This document shows positions 11,485-25,364 of a stretch of DNA of 64,000 nt, piece by piece. The notes under the pieces were generated by a model. That model saw nothing but the letters and a program-made list of their open reading frames with translations, did no database searches and was not told the DNA's origin. Source of the stretch: Lama guanicoe (lineage: Eukaryota); the NCBI GenBank assembly GCA_013239625.1, contig MU054323.1:15380029-15444028 (forward strand), written 5' to 3'. The position numbers and the translations under genes are program-made. Numbering within the stretch: position 1 is the stretch's first letter; every line of letters starts with the position of its first letter.

Positions 11485-13656
11485 GTACGACCGCCCGCCG
11501 GGGCCCCCTCCCACCTGGCCCGCGCCGCCCCCTCGGCGCTGGCTGCGCCGAACAAAGTTTGGCCGAGACTTTCCCGAGGAGAGAGGGCTCCGCGGGAGGA
11601 GGGGCGGCCGCCGCCCCCGGGAGGGAGTCCTGCGTCCTTCGGTTCCCCGTCTCAGCACTCCCCGACGCCTGGCGAGCCGCGGGCGAGGTTGGATTTCGTG
11701 GGTGGGGGCCGGCGAGTGGGGGCTCGCCCCCAGCAGCGCACAGACTCGCACACGTGTGGCCCATCAGGCTGGGGCTGGGTGGGGTGGCCCGGCTGTGCGC
11801 CCCGAAGTGGGGGCGCCGCGGACAGGGGGCACTGCGGAGGCTGTCGCGAGTCCCTCGGGGAGTCCAGCCCCTGCCGCCCTCCCCGCACTAGCGCAGTGTG
11901 GAACCGAGTGCTGCACCGCGTTTACGAAGTCCATTTTCAGCTGGCGGAGGAGACGTGTCTCCAGCTCACACTCCGTGTGTGACTCTTTTTATTATTTTTT
12001 CCTTGCGCTTTTCCTTCACCCCCTTCCTCCTGCGCATATAAATCAATTTCAGCTCCGGAATATGTCAGCCTGAGGGAAGTTACATACGGTGGATACTCAT
12101 TTATTTGCCTATTGAAAACGGCCAAAGGCTTTCTCTCCTTAATGAAGGGGTGGGGGTGGGGGGCGAGGGGCTTGCACCTGGGAGTGAAAAGTTGTTCGTA
12201 TTAGTAGCTGCTTTTTAAGATTAGATATCCCCGTGTTTCCAATCGTGTTGCCGGTTCCTTCTTTTCATGTGTTTAATAGCGAGGATTGTTCTGCTGGTTT
12301 CTCCACTAAGTATGGTGCACCATGGTGTCCGGGAGGGAGAAAGATTAGATTATTGGAGCCTCCCTCGTTGGGAGAACCACTGTTGGTGGGTGTCGGCCTT
12401 AAGCCCTGCCTGCTGGCCTCGGCGTACCTGGTGTGGTGTGGGGTCTACAGAGAGGCAATGAGTTGTTTTTATTTGGCTAATGGGCAGGGCTCAGCACCAG
12501 TTAAAAGGGGGGTCCCTGCTGGGGCTGACGTTGGGGCGATGATGCTGTTCCGGGGCATCCTGGTGTATGAGCAGAGCGCAGCAGCTGTACTTCTGGAGGA
12601 ACGGCGAGGAGGAGGGACAGGCGCCCTCTGCCCCGCTCCCTTCCTTATTACTCACAGCTGGTACTACGGAGACCAGGGAGGGGTTTATTCTGAAACATCC
12701 TTACGTGAGTATGTGTTTGTTTATTGTGCTGGAATACTGAGAAAGGAGGAAGCTACCTTAAGGATAAAATGGGTCTATTAAAAGGCTTCCATACTGTGAT
12801 TTTCTTTACACACACGCGTATTCATTGATACTTGCAGTTTTTAAAGTTTGGACAGTTCTGGAAAATCAGGGAGGCCTTACTGGTTTGGAAGCTAGTGGGC
12901 AGTAATGAGTAGAGGGGACTCTTGGAGGGAAGTGCACTGTAGCATCCTTAGGACATTGGGTTAGAAGAGTTTGTTTGCCTCAAGTACAAATGCCTCTCAC
13001 CTGGTGTCAAGTCCCATTTTATATCCTGTTTTTATTTCTTACAAAAAGGAAAGTAGCCAGGAGATTAACTTCTGATACAGTTTTATGTGTTCGACTTTGG
13101 GAATCCTGAATGAGTTGGACCAAAAGATGCATCTCTGAATCCTGCCACTTGTGTGTCTAATTAGCTTAAGCCAGCCTCCCATAAATCTAAAAAGCACGAG
13201 CAACTAAAACAAGGTTAAATGTGGTGGAAACTGCTGTGCTCTGAGGACTTGGCAAGGGTCTAAAGACTCTAACCTTTGTTTTGTTCCTTTGTGATAGATT
13301 TCTGGTGAAGGAAGTGTGGTGCTCAGGGAACATTCACGGGAATCAAGTGTTTTGGCAACAACATTCCGGTGTCATAGTATAGAGTTATTTTGGCAGTTTG
13401 TTGGTGAGCTTCTCATTCCTCTGAAATGATGTGATCCCTCATAGCTTCATTTCTTCTGGAAACACCCCACGCACTTAGTATTAGCCTTGAAAATGCTGGA
13501 AGTGTTTATTGCCATGATGGTATCTCATTTAGTTTTCTCTAGCAACACTTCCCAGTTAGCTGGTCTGTTTTCAGCTACTGAAATTGTGTGCTCAGGGCAT
13601 TTTTTTTAATCTTACTTTGTTTTAAATTTTAAAAGCAGCAGTTAAATTGCATTCTA

Positions 13657-13680
13657 AATCTATGAATCTATGAATCTATG
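13657..13680. repeat. (AATCTATG)x3 perfect tandem repeat
   Basis: Read directly from the sequence. Confidence 0.9.
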
Positions 13681-16600
13681 TTACAGGGACAGTGTTACCT
13701 GGAGTGGTGTAACAGTTGAATTTAGATTTTCCATAGGATGTCTACAATTTCAGGTGTTTTCACTTTACTACAAGATTTATGGAAAACACAGCATAAATGA
13801 GTAGCTTTTTTTTTCTTCCTTTTTAAGGATTAGAGGAGTCAGTCATTCCATGGCAGTAATTATCTGGAGGGTTCAGACTTTCTCTTTTGTTTTCCTGTTA
13901 CTTGGCAAGAGATTTCTAAATGGCCAAACATTCCCCTCAGTTTCCATTTTTATTCAGAAATTCACGCATGATTATCATAACTAACAGGAATGGGCATTGA
14001 TACATTTTATTCACGTTGAGGTCTCTTTTGCTGCAAATTTTGCACTAAAATGACCCCTACTGGTTGTATCTGTTAATGAAAACTCTTCTTTGAAAGTTCT
14101 TATTTAGTTGACTATACTGAGAAAACATACTGCATGGTGTAGAAATGTTATCATGACTAATCTACCTGCTTTCGATGACATAATTTAAATACAAATTACA
14201 CTGCTCCACTTGCCAACCTGCAGTAATTTTTATTTATATCACTCCACATACTGGCTTTATGGGGGGAAAATGGTGTTTTTAACTGCAGTTCACAAAATGA
14301 GTTAGATAAATCAGGGGCAGAAATGGACTTCTTCCAAATTGTGGCTCTCTGCCATAGGTTTTTAAAGCACCATGGCACATAGTAGGCTCTCACTGAATGT
14401 GTATTAAATACATGGATGAACAATCTACTCCATAGAAAGAACATTGAAGAAAAAATATTTTCTGAAAGGTTAAATGGTGTGAAGAGTTGGATCCTGTGAA
14501 TTGTCTGGCACGTACACTTGGACATCTTTTTAGCATCATTTGGATTGTTACGAAGTAAATCTGATTGAATTCCTTAAAAAAATATTTTTGGTTACATGAG
14601 TTTTAAAGTTGAGCTTAGAGCCAGATACCTAAGTTTTTCTGGCCCCTGGGACCAGTGTACAAGCTCCTTTCCCACTTCCACCAATCTGTGGGTCTTCCTG
14701 TTGCCCTTTGCAGCTTACTAAGTGGCCTGCGCCTTGGTTAGGCTGTCTGCCTCTAGGTAAATAGCCTAGAAGCCAGAGAAATGTTTGAATTCTGAACTCC
14801 TGAGGGAGAAGACTGGATGGGAGACCTCTCAGTTAGTGAGGACAGAGAGATCTGGAACCTAATGGACACTGTTGAATGGCTTTGCTCTGAGAACCTTGTT
14901 GCGTCAGAGCCAGGTGATCGCCATCACAGATAAGCACCACCCTTTTTTTTTCCCTCCTCGGTGATTATTTACTCAGTGGCTTCACGTTTATGGAACTGAA
15001 CTTTCTGTGTTTTCACCACTGCCGTCCAGAAACTCTTTCAAAACACACCCCTTTTATTCTCCCCAGGTATTTTAGTGTTTCCTCCCACCCACTTCTCATG
15101 GAGCAGTGAGCAGAACCGAGGATATGTGGTGGGTACTTACAGCAAAGAACAGAATGTTGTCTTCTGAAACTATTGGCATTAGAAGGTTATGGTTTCCCTT
15201 CTAATCACTGGAACACAGTCACTGGAGATGATGGCTTCTTGTGGAGGTTCTGAGGTGAGGCCCCGGAGAGCACCTGCAGGAGGCCAGGGGACGCACCAAG
15301 CCCTTTGGTTGTGCACCAGCCACAGAGGATCTCTCATCCCTCTGTGACGTAGGACTTGGAGTGAAAAGTCCATGGGTTTTTAATTTTTACTAATTACTTA
15401 GAAGAGGGGTCAGGAAGGGTTAATACTCCTGTATTGGCATTAGAAAAATGAAAAAACCCAGGGTTCCTTGCTTTTGGAGGAAGGTGTTTCATTTTTCATC
15501 TCAAAAGTCTTCAGGCAGAGTGAGCCCTGAGATGCTAGAAAAGAAGCAAGCAGAGGGCTGACCAAATCACATTAACACGGCCTGGGAAGAGGAACCCATG
15601 TAAGTAAACAAGGAAATAATTAGTTCTTCCCCAAAGTAAATATTGACAAAACATGGAGAGACTATTCACTGCACATATACAAATAACAGGACTTGGTGAC
15701 CTTCACTTTGACTATCGAGCTTACAGAATCCTCAGTCATTGAGGAGTCTAGTCACATGCAACACTTGGCAAAGGGCAGATGAATTGCATAGCACCAGAAA
15801 GGCAAAAAGAGCGAGTCTAGAGATTTTGCTGCCATTAACACATATTGAACGTGACCAGGAGAATCTACAAGCAGTATGTTGGCAATGCAGTGGTGAACAG
15901 ACAGGTTAATTTGTGAAGAAAACCATATGAATAATTCTTAGACTTTGGGAATTAAAACCAGTTGTAGGAGGTGTTACCCATAGGGTGCAGGTTTCTGTGT
16001 TCGGTGTGGCTTGATTAAAATGCAATGATCTGGATGAACCAGGGAACAGTTTGGGGATGCAAGGGACAGGAATTATGAAGTTGGGGGGAATAGATAAAAG
16101 AGATGACCCTAGAAAGATAATGGAGTGGGAGGACTAAAGAATGACAAATGGGAGAAGGGAAAAATATTGAATTCATCTTGGAGCAACTATGTCATCCTTT
16201 GAAGAATAATCCCGAACACATTCCAGACATTAATTGTGAAATTCCTGAAAAATGTGGGTGTGTTTAACATCATTCAGGCTATGGCACTGATACGAGAAAT
16301 GGCAGTGCCGTTTTAGTGTGTAAACACCACTGGGTAGGAGATGGTGAGATGAGTGGAAGGTGAAAATATTTGGTGAAGCAGGTACCTGTAACATCATGTT
16401 CCCTATGGCACGTGCAGGATCAGGATTTTTGGAGACACCCCAGTAAAGCTCAATTAATTATTTGAGGAAGAAACAGTGGACTAGCCAAGCATGCATGAAT
16501 AACAAACTGAAAGCTTTCCTTCTCAGAGGTCGAATTCTCCAAGCTGAATTTTTAAAGCTCTGACTTGTCTCTGCATAGAAATCAGTCACTCATTCATTGA

Positions 16601-17429
16601 TCTGCTCTATGCAAGGCCTTCTTCTGGGATGGGGGTGCTGGGAAGCCTCAGACCTGTTTCCTACTCCAAATACTATTTTAATCAAGATGAAGAAGGAGAC
16701 AGCCAGACCTTAAAAAGTCTGCACAACAGTATGAGTTCAAGCCAGGTAGAAGCGATTTCTCAGCTCTGTAAATAAGATTAGTTGGTGAGTGAGATATGTG
16801 GTTAAAATTTGTCTTAGGAATCACAGGATCTGTGATGATCTTTACAGGCTCTGGTGGCTGAAAAGGAGAATTCAAATTTCAACTAGATTTAAAAGTGTAA
16901 GATCGCCCTGTTGGTGGGGGAAGGGATCCTACCCATGCTTAGAGCTTGTGCGATACACATCAGAGTGTTTCCCAGCATCTAAGAATGAGGCTGCACTTGT
17001 AACGCTCTACCAGCTGTGGTTTGAAATGGCAGGTTTCCTTTTGGGAGTGATTTTCTTTCTGTTCTAGCCTGTTCCACTAGGCAGATGAGCGGGGGCGGTG
17101 AGCTGAGAGGTGTCCCTTTACCAGCATCTCCTGATTTCACCCACTCCTTGCTACTTGTCCTGGCCAGTTAGCCTGATCAAATCATGGAAAACTGCTGTGT
17201 TTAGACAAGACCTCTGGGTCTCATGGACAGAGTGGTTGAATATACTTACATTTAAGTATGCCCTCAAGGTAAAGCACTGGTTACTGTTCATTTTAGGCCC
17301 ACATGAAAAAAATACATCAAAAGAGATTCCCATTTCTAATGTAGTTACTAAATGAACATGGTTCAGTTCCTTACCTCCTGCCCCCAACCCCAATTAAGTC
17401 TCCATGTGAAGTACTTAAACCTCAGTTCA

Positions 17430-17620
17430 AGAGTATAGTGGTTAGAAACTTGGTTTCTAGGGTCAAATCTGCACTCTGCTTCTGTGCATCTCAGTTTTCT
17501 CATCTGTATAGTGGGGTTAATAATAGGGTGGTATAAGGACTCAGTGAATACAGCCCGATGAAGCACTTAGAAGAATGACTAGCACATGGTAAACACTCAA
17601 CGACAACAAAGCTGTTAACC
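17430..17620 (+). mobile_element. MIR SINE
   Basis: tatagtggttaga...ctcagttttctcatctgtatagtggggttaataata...aagcacttagaagaatgactagcacatggtaaacactcaa. Confidence 0.75.
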
Positions 17621-18264
17621 ATACCGTAAAACAACTTGACGTGGGCTCGTTCTCTTGTTCTGTTTACTCCTCTTCTACCTGAGTAATCGATCATCAGTAG
17701 TTACGGAGTTTGGGCTCTTAGAAAGGGAGCAAATTATTACTGAGTTCAGGTCCCCTCCTCCCTCCTCCTACCCCATCACCATAAATGCATTGAGTTAAAA
17801 ACTGATTTAAAGGCCCCTGAAGCTATTTGCTGCCTTTCCTCCTGATGCCCATTTGTTGTACTTTGTCTACATAATTTTCACAACATTTGTATATTTTCGG
17901 TAAAAATAAAGAATTGGAAGGTTTTGCATTAGTCATAAGAATTCTCAGTGTAACCGTTTATCTGTGGGCAAATATTTCATTTGGGGAAGAAGGGGGCACC
18001 TAAAGTCACTATAATCGCCAGTGTACGTTTCCTTCTCAGCATATTCTGGAAGAAGAATTTGCTCTAAGCCCCTGGAGTGTCCACAGCCGTGGTCGGCACA
18101 GGATGTGGCCTGCCTTGGGCTGGGGAAACAGCTTGTTTTGCTGCAGCTCACCTCTTCCCCATCCCACCTCCTGCCGCTTTTGGTACAAACTAGGCCATTC
18201 CTCCACTTCTTTCTAGTCTGACCTGTTTCCCTGCCATCCTTTACCCACAAGTATTTACTGAGCA

Positions 18265-18607
18265 GCTGCTGTGGGGCTGGTCTTTGTGCTGTTAACTTCT
18301 CTAAGCCTCAGTTTCCCTGGCTGTTAATTGTAATGGGTGCCACCTATGTTTGCTGCGAGGATTCAATGAGATAAAACTGTGCTTCTGAAGTTTTAATGTG
18401 CACACAAATCACCTGGGGATCTCATTCAACTTGCAGGGTCTGGTGCAGTAGGTCTGGGTGGGGCTTGAGATTCTGCAGTTCTGAAAAACTCCCAGGTGAT
18501 GCTAATGCTGCAGGTCCCAGGACCACACTTGAAGTAATGGCTAGTGCAGGTAAAGCGTGTAGCATGAGTGTGGTGTATGGTCGGACCTGATAGTGTTACC
18601 TGCTGTT
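18265..18607 (+). mobile_element. MIR SINE interrupted by a MER5-type transposon
   Basis: MIR core (ttaacttctctaagcctcagtttcc...gaggattcaatgagataa) runs to ~18376 and the MIR 3' end (gtaaagcgtgtagcatg...) resumes at ~18541. Confidence 0.6.
18377..18540. mobile_element. MER5A/MER5A1-like hAT-Charlie MITE
   Basis: aatcacctggggatctc...cagtaggtctgggtggggcttgagattctgcagttct...ctcccaggtgatgctaatgctgcaggtcccaggaccacactt is characteristic of MER5A. Confidence 0.8.
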
Positions 18608-18889
18608 CTGGTAAGTATTTTTCAACCAAAATAAGTAGGATAGTGGCCCTGCTTTCACAGAAGCCGTGGTCTGAAGGCTGGCAGTGAAAACTGGGAAAAT
18701 CTACGGTTTTCTTGCAGCCGTGATGGTTACTTGCAGCTGTGAAGTCCTGACACAGAAAGTGCTGAGCATCTCAGGAGCAACTGAGAGGGGTCCTAACTCC
18801 GACCCTGACTCCAGGAAGGATTGGGGGCTGCGGCAGCAAGCCAGGCTTAGGGGTCTCTTCGCCTCCCTCCTCCTTCCCACTCTATGCAG

Positions 18890-19170
18890 GGTGTTGTAGA
18901 GAAAGAGAATGGGCCTTGGGGCCAGACAAACCTATGTTTGAATCTCAGCTCTTGTTATTTTTCTCCAACCATGAACAACCAGCTTGCCTAATTGTTCTGG
19001 GCTCCAGTTTCCTCATTTGTGAAAATGGGATATTAGTAGCTTTCTATCAAGGAAGTATTGTAGTGAGGATTGGAGAGACTTACTACATATATGTATATGA
19101 TTACATGTACGTGTGTGTGTGTGTATGATGGTTCATGTAGTTCCTGGTACCAAACAGATTTTTAAAAGAT
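18890..19170 (+). mobile_element. MIR SINE containing a short (TG)n tract
   Basis: ggggccagacaaacctatgtttgaatctcagctct...cagtttcctcatttgtgaaaatgggatattagta...gtgaggatt. Confidence 0.7.
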
Positions 19171-19965
19171 AATTAATTCTAATCGCCATTCTATTTTTCA
19201 TCCTTTCTCATTTTTTTGTTAGCTTTCTTTCTGTATAAGCTTTAAAAAAATCTGCTTTGTGGACATACATCTTGACCATACTTCACTAAGTCTCTTTGAC
19301 AGGAGACTCCAGGAATTCTGGTCTCAGATGTTCATCAGAGAGAAAAAGACTGGGAAGTACTGAGAACAAGGGGCTGTGAGTCCAGGGTCTCTGGAACAAA
19401 AAATCCCTTCCCGGGTTTGACCCAGGATGACATATTCTTAATCCCGTCAGTGTTTCAGGAGAATGTGGTCATCCGCTTGATTTTGTGATTTGAATCCTTA
19501 CTTCCAGAGAGCTATTTCAAGTTAATATTTTTTAAAAGGTGACTTATCTTAATATGGATGGCATATGGTTTCCTGAAAGTGCATTACATTTCCTTTTATC
19601 GTGAGGCGTTGTCTGTGGGTTTCCAGACATGGCTGGAGACATCAGAGACCCTGGGAGCTTCACCAAGGCAAGCTGGGGATCCAGGAGGAAGCAGCAGCAG
19701 CCTGCCGGCTCAGAGACGGGGTGGGCTTGGCAGCGAGCAGGAGATGGTGTGCGGCCCAGAGTACATCTGCCTTGCTTTTCTTGATCTGATGTGTTCCGTC
19801 CGTCTTTCACATGGGCTAATACTGCAGCTTTACTGTGGATTTGCACTGTAGTTTCTCTGTCTTTGTGCTGCGGTGGAAGACTAGAAAAGAATGCCTAGAA
19901 TTAAAACACCTGACTTTCTTATCTCTTTGGTTCCTAGTGTAGGTGTGGTCCCACTTCAGGAAGAC

Positions 19966-20007
19966 TTTTCCTTCATACCTAGTAACCTTTCTTTCATACC
20001 TAGTAAC
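19966..20007. repeat. 21-bp tandem duplication
   Basis: ttttccttcatacctagtaac followed by ctttctttcatacctagtaac. Confidence 0.85.
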
Positions 20008-20898
20008 ATCATTTTCATCCAGTAAATATGGGCTGAGAACTCATGAGGCATATGCTTTATATTTGTCTGTTACGGAACAAGGAGAAAGAACATAATGATG
20101 ATACTTGGAATTAGTAGTTTGCAACTCTTTTTATTTTCTTCTTGACAGCCAAATCTTATCATCACACAGTTGAAACTGAGTTTTGTTTTTTTTTAAATAG
20201 AAACTCTTTTTAGTAACTGTCACCGTAGTGCTTCTATCTTTCATCAAGAGTCCTAGTGTTCAAACATGTAAACTTACAAGCAAGATGAGGTGAACTTCCA
20301 AATTCCAGGGTTTCGTGGTAGTGTATATTTGTCAAATCCAAAAAGAACACCCTCATTTTAAAATATCCTGGAAACATATGTCTTACGAACATTTCAGAAA
20401 GAAAATTGGGTGTTCGTTGTATTTTAAGGTGTTGTCATTTTACATTTCAAGTTCCTGAGAGGAGAATCCATAGAGTCTGCTCTTTGGGAATTCTAGTGAA
20501 GCCATCAGCAGCCAGCCCCGGTGGCTCTGGCAAGGTTGAAAGAAAGGTATAGGCTGTAACTGGAGACTACGCCTGTCTTATTTAGCATTTCAAAACAAAA
20601 ACCATAAACAAACATCTCAGACTCAAAACAGAAAGGAATTTCTGGCAGGGCACAATGAAACCTGAGCTTGCAAAATCCTGGTCTAGGAGAGTTAACTTAT
20701 TTAACATCTCATCCAAAGGCCACGAGCAAAATGGTTCACAGCTGTGATAAAACAAAAGGTATCTTCATATTGAAGGCTGGTGATACCTCTTTTTTTTTTA
20801 TTTTTAAGACTCCAAAAGACCTGCCACAATAAGGCAAACTACCTTGAGAAAGTGTGGCCTGAACAGGACTTTTAATATTAAGAATTAGTTGGACTAAA

Positions 20899-20999
20899 GG
20901 AGAGATGGGTATAGCTCAGTGGTAGAATGCATGCTTAGCATGTGTAAGGTCCTGGGTTCAATCCCCAGTACCTCCATTAAAATAAATTAGTAATTAATA
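20899..20999 (+). mobile_element. Vic-1-type tRNA-derived SINE (short tail)
   Basis: A box TAGCTCAGTGG at 20912-20922 and B box GGTTCAATCC at 20955-20964; imperfect TSD aagaattagttgg (20880-20892) / aagaatcagttgg (21000-21012). Confidence 0.88.
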
Positions 21000-23900
21000 A
21001 AGAATCAGTTGGGCCACTTCAGGCCTGTAAGGTGTGAGGAACCGTGCATACAGGATGTGTTCACTCAGTCCCTCAGCACGTATGTTTATAATTCTGCAGA
21101 GGCAGAACATCCCATCATCTCGTCAGATGCAGATCTTGAAAACCGTTCCTCACTTTCCAGAGTTGGGCTCTTTGCCTTTTTAAAGGTATGGGCATTTACT
21201 TTCTAAGGCAGGAAAAAGGAATAGATTTTAGACACTTATCTCTGAAAGCCAAAGTCAAAGAATTTTTAAATAGTTTGAGAAAGATCAGGTTTGCTGTGTT
21301 CAGAACCACTGAGCTCTTAGGTGTCAGGCAGGTTTAAGGAAAATTTATTACCACCATCACTGATGTTAAAATGAAAGGCCAAATAAATTTCCATATTTTA
21401 ATCAAAAGACTGAATGGATTTCTATAAATCCTCACTTTTTGCAGGACGGATTTAAGGCTGCTCAGAAACGTAAACTTTACAAAATTCTTGCAGATGAGAA
21501 TAGTATGATTAAGGAGAAACAAGAGCCATGGTTTCCGATGTTCCTTCATCCCTTAATAGCTCAGTAACTGAAATAAAACCACCTCAACTTCCCTTGACTT
21601 GATTTTTGCCTTAATTTGTCAGAAGAGAATTAAGTAGTTAAACCTACCTGAAGGCAGGGGTACTGAACCAGCTGATATCATAAGGCCCTTCTGCTCAGAA
21701 GATCAGTGTTTTTATGACCTGAAAGTGTGGGGCAAGAGTCAGATATTACCTCGTGTTTGCAAAGCCAGGGAAGGAAGAAGTGGTAACGTCTACATGACTC
21801 TCCCAGGTGCCATGGATGCGAGGGCTTGCGGGAAGAGATCGCGAGTTCTCCCATAGTTATGTTTATTGTGAGGTGTTAGAGACAGCAAAATACAGTTTTC
21901 GGGAAGTTAGTGGCATCTTTTAAACGCCAGCAGCCTTTAAGCTGTATTAACTGTGGCCTGGTCTGGATTCAGGGGAGAATTTATGCCTCTCTTTTATGTC
22001 TCTGCTGGCCTGCTGCCTTCACTCTTTCTCCATTTTCTCTTTTACTTAATTAGTTATTATGACTGTGAGGTAGGTAGGTGACAGATCCTGCAAAGGGAGA
22101 GGCTTGAGCAAGGACAGGCCAAAACTTGCCCAAATTCACATGCTCATTTCTGCCCCTGACACTAGGAGAGAGTTGAGTGATTGCTGTTCTTCCTAATACT
22201 GTAGGCAGCAGCCAAATTCTCAGCATTCTTTTACCTTTGCTGCTGTTTTCACTTGCCAGGGAGTTTCCTTAAGGAGCAGACTGAATTTAAAGGAACATAA
22301 CATCACATCCATGAAAGGAGGGGCCCTGGCCGCACTGGCACTTGGGTGCCTCGCTAGGGACCTGCTGCACGCTGTGACAGTCCCTCTGCTCCGTGTGTCC
22401 CTGAGCCCCCAGACCACGAAGCTCTCTGCCTGGATTTGAGACAGATCTTCACTGAATGTGCTTCAAGTCCAGGCTAACTGTGAAGCTTGGGAGTTGTCTC
22501 TTAAGGTCTAGAAACGTCACCCTCTCTGTGCATGATGTCCCCTGACAGGGCGTGGCACAGAATTAAATGGTATGGACCTATGGCCCTGAAACTTGATGTA
22601 ATATGTCTGATTCCAAAGTATGTGGTGTTTCGCCCTGCTTGCAGTGTACACCAGCAGTCAGCCTGCTGTGCCTTGGGATATTACATTTTGGCCAAGATCA
22701 GCCTTCCAGAATGAGGTGCTAGTTAATTCCAGTCGGGCATTTATTTGTTAATAAATCTGCTGAATGCTAAGTACTTCATTTGGGAGTGTGTGACAGGAGA
22801 GAAGTCAGCAGCTAATCATTATGTAGATCCCTTCCATAATTCTCACTTTTTTTTCTTGGTTTTGATTCTCACTTCCAGTTCAGTTACCTAAGCCACCAAT
22901 CCCTAGCAATATGAACTTACTTAATTTTCAGTTTTCTATCCTGTTTTGGCTTTTGCTTCCCAAGATTTTTTTTTTCCTCCAATCTGGAAAACTTCTTTAA
23001 GTCTGTTAGTAACTGGGTAGACATTTTATATTGTTAAACGGAAAACACTTCTAGTGGAGTGCTATGACTTGCTCTGTCTTTCCTTCTTTTCTTTTCTTTT
23101 TTTAAGGATAATATCAAAAGTTAAATCCTCTTCCGGTTCTTATCCTCTCTCTGGCAGGGTAGATTTCTGGATAGCTAATAGTGGTGGTGTCTGAAATAGC
23201 CATTGGGGCGGGGCAGGGGGGTGGTGTTCATTTACTAACCAGAGCTTTTGCCTAAAGAGGTTCTGCTTTACTCTTTGCTGTATCAATAGGTCTTGGTTTT
23301 CTTCCTGCTTGGTTGGTGCTTATTAGCTTAAGAACTTTTAAAACTGCAGGTGTAGTAAGGAAAGGATGAATGCCTGGGGCAGTGGAGATGGGGGGGGCAC
23401 TTCTCTCTTGGAAGCAGCCAAAGGGTTCAGTGTGCATTTGCTGCCATGAGTCTTTTCAAAGGTCCATTTGGTTCCTCTCATGTCCACGTCTTTGTGTTGT
23501 GGTTGGGCTCTCCTTCCCTGATGAATCCCTGCCACGACCCCGTGTGGCTGGACCTCACGTGCCCTGAAAGCCATTGGAAAGGCATGCGTACCAGCATCTT
23601 CCCATTTGCCACCACATCCTCCACAGCCTGGTTGCATGCAGCTCTCCGGCTGTTGGTAACTCAACTATTAAGAGAAGTTGGTGCCAAGCATCACATCCTC
23701 GGTTGGACCCCTTCCAATAATGGTGTCTGCACTAATAGGCTGGCAGAAGAGTTCTGTAGAAATGTTTGGAGGGGGAGCAGTGTTGGCCAGCACATAAAAC
23801 TCATTTGACAGTGTGAAATATGATAATATGGATCAGAAAGTGATAAAACTTAAGGAAACAAAGTTCTTTTCAAGGTTGTGACAGACTTGTTGGCTTAAAA

Positions 23901-25364
23901 AGATGTGCCCAGGATGGTCAAATATATCCGTAGCATCAGCACCTGGCCCCTGGCCCAGTTACAGGTGTGACTTTGAGAGACAGGAAGCTGTAATAATGCC
24001 TTCTTTCAAGATGTAGGTAACTTTGTGCCTTTGGATGTAGAGGGAGTGTGTGTGCGTATTTGTGTGTGTTCAGTTGCTGAGGGCACAACACAAGGAATAC
24101 TTGGCATTGTGTTACAGATGTGCTGAGAACAGCTTGCATGCTTGAAGCAAATTAACTATACCATCTACTCTGTAGATCAGCAAACTGAAAATGACTTCTT
24201 AATAAAGATGGTGCATTGTTTTATTACATTTGGAAAAAACAACTCTAATTAAAGTGCTTTGGCTTTTAAACTGCCTAGTTAACTGGGATATCTGTATATG
24301 GACAAGTAGAGCTCAGGAAAATTACTGATTTCATTACCTGGTGATAGAGACAAAAATTTTACTATCCTTAAGGCAATGTGGGGTGATTTACAGTAGATTA
24401 TCACTAAACCTGGTGTTTGGCCTTACATGGGAATTTTAGATGTGACAGCAGAATAGCAAAGCAGGAATTTAGGGTGAGAAATGGAACACTTCTGTAGGGG
24501 GAAGAAAGCAAAATAAAAGAGGCCAGAAGTGTTTTTTGTTGGAAGGAGATGAAATCATTTTTGAAGACTATGTTGGGAAACGATGAGCCCCCAACAGCCA
24601 AGTTTATTGACTGTCAATCTATTCAGGAAACCGTATTCGATGCTTTGGAAAGGGAATGGAGAAGGACTCTCTGCCAATAGAGTCCTGGAAAACTTGAGGG
24701 AGATAAAGTATTTACATGCTTTAATAACATAAATCGTGTCCAAAAGAAATATATAATTACAGCTGCATTTGGCACTGAAAATAGTCCATGTATTATATTT
24801 TTTAAACTGTGTGTGAATATGTGAGCATGTGCCCTTGCGTCAGAAATGCTGGTGATACTATTTCTTGAGAGAATGGAAAAGTAGAAGATATTAGGAGCTA
24901 CAAAAGGGGAAAGTGAAGGATGACTCCCAGGAAAGATGGACAGTGAGATTTTTTGTTTGTTTGTTCGGAAGGGATATATTTCATGTATGTAATGATCCCA
25001 ACTTTACTTTTTTAAAAAATAGTCTTAGTATATAATAAGTGTTTAACTTCCCATAGAGTTTTAGTAATTTGCATGTTATTAGTAAAAGCCCACAGGTAAA
25101 GGAAAATTTGACTCCTAAATTTCATACCTGCCTATAGTTTATTTCAACTTTATCTTGGACAAAGCCCCTTTGAAAACTCAGAAAATTAGGAGGTATGTTC
25201 GACACACACCTCCTGATATCTGCTGCCACTAAAGGTGTAGGGGCAAAGCCAGTCACTGGAAAATGGGTGTGGTGTTGGCTTTCAGATTCCCCGAAGTTAT
25301 CCGAACAACCTTCAAAATGTGTTCCCATCCTCCGACGCTACCATTTTAGGCTGCTTCCTTTGTG

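Larger units (their letters stand above)
10085..11980. promoter_or_regulatory. CRIM1: CpG island spanning the CRIM1 promoter, 5' UTR, exon 1 and the start of intron 1
   Basis: Abrupt rise to very high GC with dense CpG, GGGGCGGGG GC boxes (e.g. ~10982-10990) and GCC/GGA triplet runs, against AT-rich, CpG-poor flanks. Boundaries are approximate. Confidence 0.93.

Noticed and set aside
11485..11891. Read-through of exon 1 into intron 1 (ORF to 11891) as a secreted isoform
   Set aside because: The open frame is explained by GC content, I saw no canonical AATAAA shortly downstream, and CRIM1 similarity stops exactly at the donor.
10154..12073. Long overlapping ORFs in the CpG island (10158-10862, 10293-11555, 10645-11982, 10859-12073 and others; up to 445 aa)
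   Set aside because: They are low-complexity Gly/Ala/Pro/Arg products with mostly non-ATG starts. Stops are rare in very GC-rich DNA, and only the 11154-11484 frame resembles a known protein.
12233..12781. 182-aa ORF at the start of intron 1
   Set aside because: GTG start, no recognisable domain and no supporting splice structure.
20905..20975. tRNA-Ala(AGC)-like sequences (also at 7060-7130 and 63160-63225)
   Set aside because: They have A-rich tails, imperfect stems and, in most copies, target-site duplications, so they are SINEs rather than tRNA genes.
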